A stretch of 64,000 nucleotides of DNA, from positions 16,168-80,167 of the forward strand of contig JAMCYI010000013.1 in the NCBI GenBank assembly GCA_023474215.1, given 5' to 3'. Of the stretch, positions 8,934 to 18,916 are shown piece after piece; the first letter of the stretch is position 1; every line of letters starts with the position of its first letter. A model generated the notes under the pieces. It made no database searches. It saw only the letters and a list, made by a program, of their open reading frames with translations, and was not told the DNA's origin. A program made the translations under genes and the position numbers. The DNA comes from Patescibacteria group bacterium (GTDB taxonomy: Bacteria > Patescibacteriota > Minisyncoccia > UBA6257 > GWB1-50-10).

Positions 8934-9635
8934 ATGGAGAAAGACCGGACCAAAGAAATATTGAAAGCGGCCGTCGAGGACTACATCAAGACCGGCCGTC
9001 CCATCACGTCCGAAGGCCTCTACGAAGACCACCAGTTCGGCATCAAGCCCGCCATGATCCGGTGGGAGCTGAATGATCTCTCTGAAGACGGCTATTTTTA
9101 CCAAACCCACCCCTCCGGCGGGCGTTTTCCTTCCGACAAGGCCTACCGGTTCTTCGTCGAGGAACTCGTGAGAGACGGCTTGAAGGCCCGGTATGCCGAC
9201 GCCGGATACCGGAACTCGGTTTTGAAATTCTTGAAAGGGGAAATGGATTCCTTTGTGGAGGACGTCTCGGACGAACTCAGTATGCTCTCCGTGGGGTATG
9301 AGGCGAAGAGGAACGAGATGTGGACGAGCGGCCTCTACGAGCTTTTGGACAATCTGGATCTCTTGAACCGGGAAGAGCTGGTCGATGTCGTGAAAGACGT
9401 TGAAATGCTTCCGGAAAAGATACGGACGGGATTTTGGAAAGACGAAGAGAATTGGCCGAAAGTGTTCATCGGCAAGAATCCCTTCGTGCGGAGCAAGGAG
9501 GTCGCGGTCGTGGCGAACTGCCTCAAAATCGACGGCGAAAACTTCCTGTTCCTCGCCATCGGTCCGAAACGGATGGATTACGCGAAGCCGCTGGGGCTTT
9601 TTGAAATATTAAACAAGTCGGTAGAAGAAAAATAA
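8934..9635 (+). CDS. hrcA: heat-inducible transcription repressor HrcA (short form)
   Basis: ILKAAVEDYIKTGRPITS, QTHPSGGRFPSDKAYRFFV, IGPKRMDY; upstream of grpE-dnaK with CIRCE. Confidence 0.9.
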   Translation: MEKDRTKEILKAAVEDYIKTGRPITSEGLYEDHQFGIKPAMIRWELNDLSEDGYFYQTHPSGGRFPSDKAYRFFVEELVRDGLKARYADAGYRNSVLKFLKGEMDSFVEDVSDELSMLSVGYEAKRNEMWTSGLYELLDNLDLLNREELVDVVKDVEMLPEKIRTGFWKDEENWPKVFIGKNPFVRSKEVAVVANCLKIDGENFLFLAIGPKRMDYAKPLGLFEILNKSVEEK

Positions 9636-9665
9636 TCAGTAACTAGTAACAAGTAACTAATAACT

Positions 9666-10166
9666 ATGACAAACGACGATACAAAAGAAGTGCAGCAACA
9701 GGTCGAAGAAACGGAGGTCGAGAAACTTACCAAGGAGCGGGATGAGTACCTCGACGGGTGGAAACGGGCGAAGGCGGACCTCGCGAACTATAAAAAAGAG
9801 GAAGCCGAGCGGATGGAACAGTTCGTACGATACAGCACGCAAGCCGTCATTGCCGACCTCGTAACCGTCCTCGACAGCTTCGATCTGGGGCTTTCCGTCA
9901 TCAAGGAAGATGATCCGGCGCGGAAAGGTGTCATTCTCATTAAAAGTCAGCTGGAAGACATTTTGAAGCGGTATGGCTTGGAGCGGATCGAGACGAAAAA
10001 GGGAGAAGCATTCGACCCCTCGATCCACGAAGCCGTTGAAACCGTCGAATCGGAAGCACCGCCGGGAACGATCGTCGATGAGCTTTCCCCGGGGTACCGA
10101 CTCCAGGGAAAGGTCATTCGGCCGGCGAGAGTAAACGTATCAAAACAAAAAGGTCAAGATAAATAA
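9666..10166 (+). CDS. grpE: nucleotide exchange factor GrpE
   Basis: RAKADLANYKK, FDPSIHEAV, GYRLQGKVIRPARVNV. Confidence 0.95.
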   Translation: MTNDDTKEVQQQVEETEVEKLTKERDEYLDGWKRAKADLANYKKEEAERMEQFVRYSTQAVIADLVTVLDSFDLGLSVIKEDDPARKGVILIKSQLEDILKRYGLERIETKKGEAFDPSIHEAVETVESEAPPGTIVDELSPGYRLQGKVIRPARVNVSKQKGQDK

Positions 10167-10188
10167 CATAAATTAAACAAACAAAAAC

Positions 10189-12066
10189 ATGAGTAAAATA
10201 TTGGGAATCGATTTAGGGACGACGAACTCAGCAATGGCCGTCGTCGAAGGCGGCGAGCCGAGAGTCCTCGAAAACGTCGAAGGCGCACGGACGACGCCGT
10301 CCATCGTCGCGATATCGAAATCGAACGAGCGACTGGTCGGTCTCCTCGCGAAGCGGCAGGCGGTCGTGAATCCGCAGAACACCATTTTTTCGGTAAAGCG
10401 CTTGATTGGCCGGAAATTCACCGATGCGGAAGTCCAGCGCGACAAAGCGTGGCTGCCGTATGAAATCAAGGAAGGGGCGAACGGCGGCGTCGAGATCAAG
10501 ATGGCCGACCGGTGGTATAAGCCGGAAGAAATCTCCGCGATGGTTCTTCAGAAACTGAAAGCGGACGCGGAAGCGAAGCTCGGCGAGAAGATCGAGGAGG
10601 CCGTGATCACAGTGCCGGCCTACTTCGACGACAGTCAAAGGCAAGCAACCAAGAATGCCGGCGAGATAGCCGGATTCAAGGTCAGAAGGATTTTGAACGA
10701 ACCGACGGCCGCGGCCCTGGCTTACGGTATGAACAAGCAGAAGAACGAGAAGATCGTCGTCTACGATTTCGGCGGCGGTACGTTCGACATCTCGATTCTC
10801 GAGGTGGGCGACGATACGGTGGAGGTTAAGGCGACCGGCGGCGACACGCACTTGGGCGGCGACGATTTTGACAAGACGATCATGGAATACTTGGTCGCCG
10901 AATACAAGAAGCGGGAAGGCGCCGATCTTTCCAAGGATACGCTGGCACTCCAGCGGCTGAAGGAAGCTGCGGAACGCGCGAAGCACGAACTCTCGACGAC
11001 CATGGAAACGGAAATCAATCTTCCGTACATCACGTCCGACGCGACCGGTCCCAAGCACTTCCTTATGAAATTAACGAGAGCCAAACTCGAAGAGCTGGTT
11101 CGGGAGATGATCGACCACTCGATCCAACTCGTGAAGGAAGCCGTCGAATCGCCGTCGCCGAAGGGAGCCGGCATGAAACTCTCGGACATCAATGAGGTTG
11201 TCATGGTTGGCGGCCAGACCCGGATGCCGGCCATCCAAGAAGCGGTGAAAAAACTTTTCGGGAAAGAACCCCACAAGGGGATCAACCCCGACGAGGTCGT
11301 TGCCGTGGGAGCCGCCATTCAGGCGGGGATTCTCCAGGGCGACGTGAAGGATATCTTGCTTCTCGACGTCACGCCTTTGACCTTGAGCATCGAGACCTTG
11401 GGCGGCGTCGCGACGCCCATGATCCAAAAGAACACGACGGTTCCGACCGCGAAGACGCAGGTCTTTTCGACGGCGGCCGACAATCAAACGTCGGTCGAAG
11501 TCCACGTGGGACAGGGGGAACGGCCGATGATGGCGGACAACAAAACGCTTGCCCGGTTCATCTTGGACGGCATTCCGCCCGCGCCGCGCGGCGTACCGCA
11601 AGTGGAAGTCACCTTTGACATCGATGCAAACGGGATTTTAACCGTGAAAGCCGTCGATAAGGCGACCAACAAGGAACAATCGGTAAAGATCGAAGCCTCG
11701 ACGAGCTTGAACAAGGATGAGATCGAACGCTTGAAGAAAGAAGCGGCCGAACATGCCGCGGAAGACGAGCGGAAGAAAGAATTGGCTGAACTCCGGAACC
11801 AAGCGGAAATGACGGTGTATCAAGCGGAGAAGGCTTTGAAAGATGCGGAGGGGAAAGTGAGTGACGACGTGAAGAATGCGATCAACGAGAAGGTGAGCGC
11901 CGTGAAGGCGGTGAAGGATGGAACCGACGCGGAAGCCATCAAGAAAGCGCTCTCTGAATTGTCATCGGAACTCCAAAAGATAGGGGAAGCAATGTATAAT
12001 AAGAAAGAAGAACCAAAAGAGGGAGAGCAAAACCCCAATGGAACCGAACCTACAAGTGGTCAGTGA
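10189..12066 (+). CDS. dnaK: chaperone DnaK
   Basis: [31 protein letters not shown] motifs. Confidence 0.99.
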   Translation: MSKILGIDLGTTNSAMAVVEGGEPRVLENVEGARTTPSIVAISKSNERLVGLLAKRQAVVNPQNTIFSVKRLIGRKFTDAEVQRDKAWLPYEIKEGANGGVEIKMADRWYKPEEISAMVLQKLKADAEAKLGEKIEEAVITVPAYFDDSQRQATKNAGEIAGFKVRRILNEPTAAALAYGMNKQKNEKIVVYDFGGGTFDISILEVGDDTVEVKATGGDTHLGGDDFDKTIMEYLVAEYKKREGADLSKDTLALQRLKEAAERAKHELSTTMETEINLPYITSDATGPKHFLMKLTRAKLEELVREMIDHSIQLVKEAVESPSPKGAGMKLSDINEVVMVGGQTRMPAIQEAVKKLFGKEPHKGINPDEVVAVGAAIQAGILQGDVKDILLLDVTPLTLSIETLGGVATPMIQKNTTVPTAKTQVFSTAADNQTSVEVHVGQGERPMMADNKTLARFILDGIPPAPRGVPQVEVTFDIDANGILTVKAVDKATNKEQSVKIEASTSLNKDEIERLKKEAAEHAAEDERKKELAELRNQAEMTVYQAEKALKDAEGKVSDDVKNAINEKVSAVKAVKDGTDAEAIKKALSELSSELQKIGEAMYNKKEEPKEGEQNPNGTEPTSGQ

Positions 12067-13096
12067 ATCGCCGGAGGCCGATGAAGATCGGAAGTGGTGG
12101 AAAATAATCCTCATGGCCGTTTTGGGCGCCGGCGCAAGCGTCGGAGCGCTCCATTACTTCAATATTTTCCTTATCAACCTCAATACGTCAGACTTTTGGC
12201 TGTTCGTCGCTTGTTTTGTCTTGCTGCTCATTTTTTCGCTTCTCGAGGTCCTCTTTGTGAAAGGCATTTGGAAAATATTCTTTCTGGGTCTTTTTCAAGC
12301 CTGTGTTCCGCTCATTCTCTTTATCAATCGTTTCGCCACTTCGAACTCCAATGACGTGCGGATCTTGATCTTAGGGTTCCTCGTGGGCTTTTACTTCGTC
12401 TTTCTCGGTATGCACCGGGGGCGGCGATTGATTCAGAACGCCATGAAGTTGCGCTTCTTCGACGTATCAAGGCGGACGCTGCCGCGGGTAGCTTCCGGCA
12501 TGCTTATCGTCGTTTCGGTCGTTCTTTATCTCAGTTACTTTTCATGGGGTGTCGCTCCCGCCGACGTCGGCATGAAGATCACCAACGGGATCGTTTCCGA
12601 CATGAAACCGTTTTCGGGCATCATCGTACCGGGTGCGGCCATCGATCCGCAGCAAAATATGGGCGACTTGATCAAAAGCATCGCGCTCCAAAAACTCGAA
12701 TCGTCCAAGATAACGGTACAGGATCAAAATCGAAGCGTTCAAGTCACCTACGCAAGTTTACCGCCGGACTATCAAGCAAAAGTGCTGAATGATGTCATGA
12801 ACGGGATCGACGGAGGGCTCCAAAGCCAATTCAGCTTCTTTAATTCGAACCAAACCGTCGGAACGTTCGTCTTCGGCGTGGCAAACGAATACTTTGCCAA
12901 ATTCAGTTCGTTCTTGGGCCCGTACGCTTCGATCCTTATCATTGCAGTTCTCTTCTTTTTGGCAAAGGGAACGCTTGCTGTATTTTATTGGCTGATAGAA
13001 TTTTTGGCGTTCGTTTTGTTCAAAATATTGATCGTTTTCGGGTTCGCCTATGTGAACCTCGAAACAAGGACCAGGGAATTCCTCCTCTTGTCATAG
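12038..13096 (+). CDS. multi-pass membrane hypothetical protein inside the dnaK operon
   Basis: 352 aa with several TM helices; overlaps the dnaK 3' end by 29 nt. Confidence 0.75.
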   Translation: MEPNLQVVSESPEADEDRKWWKIILMAVLGAGASVGALHYFNIFLINLNTSDFWLFVACFVLLLIFSLLEVLFVKGIWKIFFLGLFQACVPLILFINRFATSNSNDVRILILGFLVGFYFVFLGMHRGRRLIQNAMKLRFFDVSRRTLPRVASGMLIVVSVVLYLSYFSWGVAPADVGMKITNGIVSDMKPFSGIIVPGAAIDPQQNMGDLIKSIALQKLESSKITVQDQNRSVQVTYASLPPDYQAKVLNDVMNGIDGGLQSQFSFFNSNQTVGTFVFGVANEYFAKFSSFLGPYASILIIAVLFFLAKGTLAVFYWLIEFLAFVLFKILIVFGFAYVNLETRTREFLLLS

Positions 13097-13114
13097 CGGG
13101 ATTTTTTCAACGGA

Positions 13115-14209
13115 ATGAAAGATTACTATAAAATTTTGGGCGTTTCGAAAAACGCCACGGACGAAGATATCAAAAAAGCCTATCGAAAACTGGCGCATCA
13201 ATACCATCCGGACAAACCTGGAGGCGATGAAGCGAAATTCAAAGAGATCAACGAGGCTTATCAAGTTCTCTCAAACAAGGAAAAACGCGCTCAATACGAC
13301 CAGTTCGGCCAGGTCTTCGAAGGCGGTGCAGGACCGCAAGGCGGGTGGAATCCGTTCGAGGGGGCTCAAGGATTCGGCGGATTCGGTGCAAATGGCGGCT
13401 TCGACGTCGATTTGGGGGATATTTTCGAGGGGATTTTCGGCGGACCGTTCGGCGGTGCGGCCCGAAGGGTCGATCGCAAAGGATCGGATGTCGAGCTTGC
13501 AATTCAAATCACCCTGGAAGATGCATTCCGGGGATTGAGGCGGGATATAAGCTTCAAAACATTCGTGGAATGTCAGGTTTGCAAAGGATTGGGGTATGAC
13601 AAATCGAAGGGCACAAAAAAATGTACGACGTGTGGCGGTAAAGGGCAGGTGCGGGTGGAACGAAGAACGTTCTTCGGCAACTTTGCGCAGGTAAAGGTCT
13701 GCTCAACATGCGATGGAAAAGGAGAAGTCCCCAATGCGCCGTGCAGCGCTTGTAAGGGAGAAGGGAGGATCTATTCGACAAAAGCGGTTCCCGTGACCAT
13801 TGCTCCCGGCGTCGAAGACGGACACGTGATAAAGGTAAGCGGCGGGGGCGAAGCGGGCGCGAAAGGAAGTTCGAGCGGAGATCTCTATGTGGTCGTGAAA
13901 GTTTCACCCGACACTCGTTTCGAACGCAGAGGGAGTGATCTTTATGCGGTGAAAGACGTCGGTTTGCGGGATGTACTTCTCCAAAAAGAGATACCAATGA
14001 CGGACGTCGGCGGAGAAAAGTTCACCGTCTCCATACCGGCCGGTTTTTCGTTGAAGGATAAAATGAAAATATCGCGCCGTGGCATGCCGAAATTCGGTCT
14101 CGGCGGACGGGGCGACCTCTACCTTACGTTCAACTTGAAAACACCGAAGTCGATGTCGTCCAAGGCGAAAAAGCTCATCGAGGAACTGGGCGATGAGCTC
14201 GGAGGATAG
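13115..14209 (+). CDS. dnaJ: chaperone DnaJ
   Basis: J-domain HPD motif, G/F region, four CxxCxGxG repeats. Confidence 0.98.
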   Translation: MKDYYKILGVSKNATDEDIKKAYRKLAHQYHPDKPGGDEAKFKEINEAYQVLSNKEKRAQYDQFGQVFEGGAGPQGGWNPFEGAQGFGGFGANGGFDVDLGDIFEGIFGGPFGGAARRVDRKGSDVELAIQITLEDAFRGLRRDISFKTFVECQVCKGLGYDKSKGTKKCTTCGGKGQVRVERRTFFGNFAQVKVCSTCDGKGEVPNAPCSACKGEGRIYSTKAVPVTIAPGVEDGHVIKVSGGGEAGAKGSSSGDLYVVVKVSPDTRFERRGSDLYAVKDVGLRDVLLQKEIPMTDVGGEKFTVSIPAGFSLKDKMKISRRGMPKFGLGGRGDLYLTFNLKTPKSMSSKAKKLIEELGDELGG

Positions 14210-14210
14210 C

Positions 14211-15341
14211 ATGGACACTGCGGAAAAAATCTGGAGCGTCGAAGGGTTTCTTGATCACGTGAACGAGATCCTGTCCGGCGACAAAGCTTCCATCGTCGGC
14301 GAAGTGAGCGAGCTTCGGAAACATCCGACCGGCTTTTATTTCTCCTTGAAGGATAACGAAGGCGGCAATGGCATCCTGCAATGCTATTTGAGCCCTTGGA
14401 AGGCGCGGATGCTCGGCATCGATTTTGAAGAAGGGTTTTTGATCAAGGCACGCGGAACACCCTCAATTTACAAACCGCGCGGCAGCTTCAGTTTCGTTGT
14501 GGAAGAAGTTGAGCTCGTAGGGGAAGGATCGCTCAAGAAAGCCTACGAACTCTTGAAGAGCAAACTCGAACAAGAGGGCCTCTTTGCGAGAAAACGGGAA
14601 TTGCCGCAATTTATAACATCGATCGGCGTCATTACCTCGAAGACCGGAGCCGTCATCGACGATTTCAGGAAAAATTTGAAAAAACTCGGATTCCAGGTGT
14701 TCTTGTACGATTCGCGCGTCGAAGGGGCGCAAGCGGTCCCCATGATCGTCAGGGGCATCGATCACTTCAATGCAGCGTCGGCGAACTCCGTCGATATCCT
14801 CGTCATCATCAGGGGCGGCGGCAGTCTGGAAGATCTTCAAGCGTTCAACAACGAACTCGTCGCGAGAAAGATATTCTCATCCCGTATCCCCGTCCTTTGC
14901 GGCATCGGCCACGACCGGGACGTTCCGATCGCAAGCTTGGTATGCGACAAGGCGGTTTCAACTCCTTCCATGGCCGCGGAAACGGTGAACGCTTCATGGG
15001 ACGGCTTGTTTCTCGATTTGCCCGTTGCAGTACACCGCCTGGTATCGCTCTTTGAAGCGGTCATCGTGCGCGAAACGAACGTCGTGGAGATGCTTGCAGG
15101 GCCTCTTGCGGATCGCTTTGCTTCGGTTGCGGAAGGCGTACGGGAAAAACTGGAAAATATTTCAGCCTATTTACGGGCAGCGGATCCCATGCGCAACTTG
15201 AAGTTAGGATACAGCGTCGTTTTCGACGCTGCGGGAAAGGTGGTAAAAGATGCCCGATTTTTGAAAAAAGGTGATACAATGAAAACCAAGCTGTACCGGG
15301 GATCGGTCGAAAGCGAAGTTTCGAAGATCAGTGGGGAATAA
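14211..15341 (+). CDS. xseA: exodeoxyribonuclease VII large subunit
   Basis: YFSLKD OB fold, IGVITSKTGAVIDDF, RGGGSLEDL, GIGHDRD. Confidence 0.95.
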   Translation: MDTAEKIWSVEGFLDHVNEILSGDKASIVGEVSELRKHPTGFYFSLKDNEGGNGILQCYLSPWKARMLGIDFEEGFLIKARGTPSIYKPRGSFSFVVEEVELVGEGSLKKAYELLKSKLEQEGLFARKRELPQFITSIGVITSKTGAVIDDFRKNLKKLGFQVFLYDSRVEGAQAVPMIVRGIDHFNAASANSVDILVIIRGGGSLEDLQAFNNELVARKIFSSRIPVLCGIGHDRDVPIASLVCDKAVSTPSMAAETVNASWDGLFLDLPVAVHRLVSLFEAVIVRETNVVEMLAGPLADRFASVAEGVREKLENISAYLRAADPMRNLKLGYSVVFDAAGKVVKDARFLKKGDTMKTKLYRGSVESEVSKISGE

Positions 15342-15346
15342 CAACC

Positions 15347-15556
15347 ATGCCGGCAAAGAAAGAAAAAAGTAAAATAACGGAAGATCTCGCGAAACTCAAA
15401 AAGATCGTTGAATGGTTTGAAGCGCGAGAAGAAGTGGATGTGGAGGAAGGATTGGAAAAGGTGAAGGAAGGATCGGAGATCGTGAAACGCTTAAAAGCAC
15501 GCATGGGTGAGATTGAAAACGAATTTGAGATGGTGAAGAAAGATTTGGAACAATAG
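15347..15556 (+). CDS. xseB: exodeoxyribonuclease VII small subunit
   Basis: 69-aa coiled coil directly after xseA (LKKIVEWFE...EG). Confidence 0.85.
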   Translation: MPAKKEKSKITEDLAKLKKIVEWFEAREEVDVEEGLEKVKEGSEIVKRLKARMGEIENEFEMVKKDLEQ

Positions 15557-15557
15557 C

Positions 15558-15884
15558 ATGGCGAATATCTCAATAGAACAATTCAAGGAGATCGACCTCA
15601 GGGTGGCGAGGATAACCGCAGCCGAGAAGGTCGAAGGGACTGATAAGCTGTTGAAATTGCAAATCGATCTGGGGGATGAGCAGCGACAGATCGTTTCCGG
15701 AATCGCCGAAAAATACGCCCCCGAGGATATTGTGGGGCGCGAGATCATTGTGGTCTATAACTTGGAGTCGAAATCCCTCAAAGGCGTTGAAAGTCAAGGA
15801 ATGCTCCTTGCGGCATCCGGCGACGGATTCATTTCGCTCCTCGCGCCCGATCAAGAGGTTCCGCCGGGAAGTAGGATACACTAG
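15558..15884 (+). CDS. tRNA-binding OB-fold protein (MetG C-terminal/Trbp111/CsaA-like)
   Basis: DLRVARI, DKLLKLQIDLG, RQIVSGI, SQGMLLA. Confidence 0.9.
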   Translation: MANISIEQFKEIDLRVARITAAEKVEGTDKLLKLQIDLGDEQRQIVSGIAEKYAPEDIVGREIIVVYNLESKSLKGVESQGMLLAASGDGFISLLAPDQEVPPGSRIH

Positions 15885-15978
15885 ACGAGGGTCTGGGGAA
15901 TAGGGTATAGAGACAGATACTAACGGATATACAGAGATATATCAGATAGGACGGATATTTACGGAAATAAATAGAACT

Positions 15979-16245
15979 ATGGAAGATCTCAAAAACGACA
16001 TCGATAAATTGAAGGAACGGGGAAAAGGCTTGCGGCATGACGTGCGCATCAAAACAGCCGGTTACTTGATTGCCGCCTTCGGTCTCGTTGCGGGGCTTGC
16101 GTGGAACAATGCCGTAACGTCGCTCATCAATTACTTGTTTCCGTTTGCGGCAAACACCGTGCTTGCCAAATTCGTCTACGCCGCCTTGATCACGCTTGTG
16201 GTGGTCGTCATCGGAACTTATCTTTCGCGTTTAGCGGAAAAATGA
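15979..16245 (+). CDS. small 2-TM membrane protein (DUF5654-like)
   Basis: 'AAFGLVAGLAWN' motif. Confidence 0.75.
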   Translation: MEDLKNDIDKLKERGKGLRHDVRIKTAGYLIAAFGLVAGLAWNNAVTSLINYLFPFAANTVLAKFVYAALITLVVVVIGTYLSRLAEK

Positions 16246-16523
16246 ACAGGATCGTGAAATTTATATTCGGTCTTTTGGAAAAAATCCTGATACTTGCGGA
16301 ATCCCTCTTGGGGGTACGTTTCATTCTGCGGTTTTTGAATGCAAGTTCCGGAGCTGAAGTGGTACGACTTTTTTACTCGCTTACCGACTTCCTCATTGTG
16401 CCGTTTGAGGGGATTTTCCATGAAGTCATTATATTCGGCGGGGTCGTGGACACCGTCATTCTGTCGACTGGTGTCGCGTATGCTCTGATCTTTTTTATCT
16501 TGAAAAAGATATTTGTGAGATAG
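16242..16523 (+). CDS. YggT-like membrane protein
   Basis: 'LGVRFILRFL...FYSLTDFLIVPFEGIF' pattern. Confidence 0.7.
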   Translation: MNRIVKFIFGLLEKILILAESLLGVRFILRFLNASSGAEVVRLFYSLTDFLIVPFEGIFHEVIIFGGVVDTVILSTGVAYALIFFILKKIFVR

Positions 16524-16543
16524 AAAATCCTCGATTTTCTTCA

Positions 16544-16966
16544 TTACCATTGAAGAAAGTTTAGAATTTGTAGAATTGCGCTGATTATCGTTGCGATTCC
16601 AGCAAGAATTCCCAGCCAGGTATAAAAAGGGTACCTTTTGAATATCGATAATGATCGATACCCTTCGGATGTAAGAAATATTTCCTTCTGGCCATTAAGG
16701 TAGCCTTCCCCATCTTTTAAAATTGGCTTTATTTTCCCATCGTTAGCCAATAATCGTAGGTTCTCCTCAACGTCATCTTTGGTATATTTGCCTTGTTCTA
16801 TAAATCCCATCTCTATCCAGGTAGTCACATACTCTTTGTGAGCAATACCGTTTTTAAAGGTGCTACTTTTAACTTTCCGACCATTCATATCGACAACGGG
16901 GATTTTCCCGTCATTATAATCAGCGATAAATTTCAATAACTTTTTTTGGAGCGAAGGATTTTCCAT
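16544..16966 (-). CDS. hypothetical protein, winged-helix-like with C-terminal TM
   Basis: AT-rich; 'LRLLANDGKI...LTSEG' resembles a wHTH wing; hydrophobic C-terminus. Confidence 0.6.
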   Translation of the reverse strand: MENPSLQKKLLKFIADYNDGKIPVVDMNGRKVKSSTFKNGIAHKEYVTTWIEMGFIEQGKYTKDDVEENLRLLANDGKIKPILKDGEGYLNGQKEIFLTSEGYRSLSIFKRYPFYTWLGILAGIATIISAILQILNFLQW

Positions 16967-16973
16967 AAGAAAT

Positions 16974-17675
16974 TTATTGTATAAAAGCATACTCCCGCCT
17001 TTTTGTTTTTGAAATGATTTCTACCGCTTTCTGAGCGATTTTTCTTTTTCTCCAGAGGCAGGGGAGATCTTTTCGGTAGTAAATCCACTTGATAAGTTTG
17101 AGGGAATCTCTTTTAGCAAACTGGAGTGCGTACAAAGTAACGTTATGTTCGCCAGCCGGTCCGGTGATTATTATCGAACCAGGCACTTGGATCAAGTATC
17201 GTGTCTTTTGCTGAATCCAATACACAAAAGCATTACTAGCTGAAAATATTCTTATAAAAAGTCTTTGCGTCGAATATATCCTGCCTTTGTACTTGTTGTA
17301 TGAATCGGTGTAAGTACGAATGCATCCATCGCCATCTATGCAGCCCCGCAAGAAATCTCTGAAGAATCTATCCGGCACGTCGATCTTTGCAATCGTGTAA
17401 GATTTCGCCGGAAAGAGGCCTATTTTTAAAAGCCAATTATAGAATTGGACATCGCCGAATTGAACTCGGTAACCTCCTTGCCTTCTGGTATATCCGATTT
17501 TATTTTTTAGGCGCAGGCAATCCCTGAATGTTTTGAGCATGGGGATCTCCGCTGATCTCATGACGATATGCCGGCCGTCGTTGGATAAATTGCCGTCAGT
17601 TGCCAAAAGCCCAACAGCGTAAGCGAGCTTTGGAGTCCATTCAAAATCTACCTTTGGTAGTTTCGGTTTGGGCAT
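16974..17675 (-). CDS. free-standing LAGLIDADG homing endonuclease (two motifs)
   Basis: 'AYAVGLLATDGNL' and 'FLRGCIDGDGCI'; ATG lies 3 nt after the tRNA-Leu 3' end. Confidence 0.88.
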   Translation of the reverse strand: MPKPKLPKVDFEWTPKLAYAVGLLATDGNLSNDGRHIVMRSAEIPMLKTFRDCLRLKNKIGYTRRQGGYRVQFGDVQFYNWLLKIGLFPAKSYTIAKIDVPDRFFRDFLRGCIDGDGCIRTYTDSYNKYKGRIYSTQRLFIRIFSASNAFVYWIQQKTRYLIQVPGSIIITGPAGEHNVTLYALQFAKRDSLKLIKWIYYRKDLPCLWRKRKIAQKAVEIISKTKRREYAFIQ

Positions 17676-17678
17676 CAG

Positions 17679-17762
17679 TGCCCGGGGAGGGACTCGAACC
17701 CTCAAGGCCTTACGACCATAGCATTTTGAGTGCTACGCGGGTACCAATTGCGCCACCCGGGC
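17679..17762 (-). tRNA. tRNA-Leu(CAA)
   Basis: GCCCGGG/CCCGGGC acceptor stem, TAGCA-CTCAAAA-TGCTA anticodon arm, long variable arm, GTTCGAGTC T-loop; CCA not encoded. Confidence 0.93.
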
Positions 17763-17810
17763 AAGTTTATGCATTGAGAATACCACGAAAAAACGTTATA
17801 GTAAACATCA

Positions 17811-18635
17811 ATGGCACGCGTAATGGCGATATGCAATCAAAAGGGAGGCGTCGGAAAGACAACGACCGCCATGAATCTCGCCGCGTATCTCGCGATGTTC
17901 GGCAAGAAAACACTTCTCATCGATTTCGATCCGCAATACAACTCAACATCGGGTCTCGGCGTACGCCATCTTTCGGAAGAAACGATCTATCACGCGCTCC
18001 TTGCGGGAATCGCACCGGAGAAGGTCATCAAATCGAGCTATCTTTCAAATCTCGAGATCGTTCCCGCATCACCCGATCTTGCCGGCGCATTGGTTGAACT
18101 CGTGAATCTGCCCGAGCGCGAATGGTACCTCCGAAGGTTCACCGAGAAGATCGGCGCATGGTATGATTTCATCGTCATCGATTCCGGTCCGAACTTAAAC
18201 CTCTTGACGGTGAACGCGCTCGTCGCCGCCGACGAGATCCTTGTGCCGATCCAATGTGAGTACTTCAGTTTGGAGGGGTTGTCGCAGCTCCTTGAAACCG
18301 TTGATCTTATCAAGAACAATTTGGGGCACGAGGTCAGGAGCGTCACCGCTCTTCTTACCATGTATGACAAGCGGGAACGGCTATCGCGGGAAATCGCTCG
18401 GGAGATCCGGAAGCGATTTCCTAATTACGTGTATGAGGTGGAAATTCCACGGTCCGTAGCGCTCGCGGAAGCACCGAGTTTTCAAAAACCCATCATGCTG
18501 TATGCCCCGCAAAGCCCGGGGGCCTTGGCGTACGAGCGTTTGGCGCGGGAAATCATCGAAGGGAAGCGATTGACGGGAACGGCCGATGATGGCGAAGCAT
18601 TATATCCGCAAAAACCTTTTGACATCGTCCGGTGA
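17811..18635 (+). CDS. parA: chromosome partitioning ATPase ParA/Soj
   Basis: NQKGGVGKTTT deviant Walker A, DFDPQ, PIQCEY, LAEAPS. Confidence 0.96.
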   Translation: MARVMAICNQKGGVGKTTTAMNLAAYLAMFGKKTLLIDFDPQYNSTSGLGVRHLSEETIYHALLAGIAPEKVIKSSYLSNLEIVPASPDLAGALVELVNLPEREWYLRRFTEKIGAWYDFIVIDSGPNLNLLTVNALVAADEILVPIQCEYFSLEGLSQLLETVDLIKNNLGHEVRSVTALLTMYDKRERLSREIAREIRKRFPNYVYEVEIPRSVALAEAPSFQKPIMLYAPQSPGALAYERLAREIIEGKRLTGTADDGEALYPQKPFDIVR

Positions 18636-18646
18636 TATGCTATGAT
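18619..18646 (+). promoter_or_regulatory. sigma70 promoter in the parA 3' end
   Basis: TTGACA (18619-18624), 16-nt spacer, TG-n-TATGAT (18641-18646). Confidence 0.7.
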
Positions 18647-18653
18647 TCTCCTC

Positions 18654-18897
18654 GGAACGTACCGTTCCTAAGATATTGAGGGAGTGATCATATGCGGCCG
18701 CTTTGGTTGCGACTTTAATATTTGAGGGATGGCGCGAACCACGTCTAGACGTTTGCTAATTCGGAGGTAGAACCGGGTTCCCGAAGGAATCGACCTCTAG
18801 CTGATACTGCGAGTTGCTCTTTATTTTTATTTATTTACTCTCGTAGTAAATTCAGCGAAGGGTTGGTTTTGAGGGGCTTTGATTCGCCTCCGTTTTA
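18654..18897 (+). ncRNA. candidate structured RNA or long leader between parA and parB
   Basis: Downstream of a consensus promoter; five successive helices found by eye; ends at GGGGC-N8-GCCTC followed by CGTTTT; no ORF. Confidence 0.45.
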
Positions 18898-18916
18898 GTT
18901 TATTATTAATTGCAAT

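Noticed and set aside
17679-17762. Group I intron in tRNA-Leu housing the LAGLIDADG gene
   Set aside because: The tRNA cloverleaf is continuous, the ORF lies wholly outside it, and no second exon was found.
18772-18795. CCGGGTTCCCGAAGGAATCGAC as SRP RNA helix 8
   Set aside because: Lacks the GNRA loop and the CAGG/AGCA symmetric loop consensus; kept only as part of an unassigned RNA candidate.
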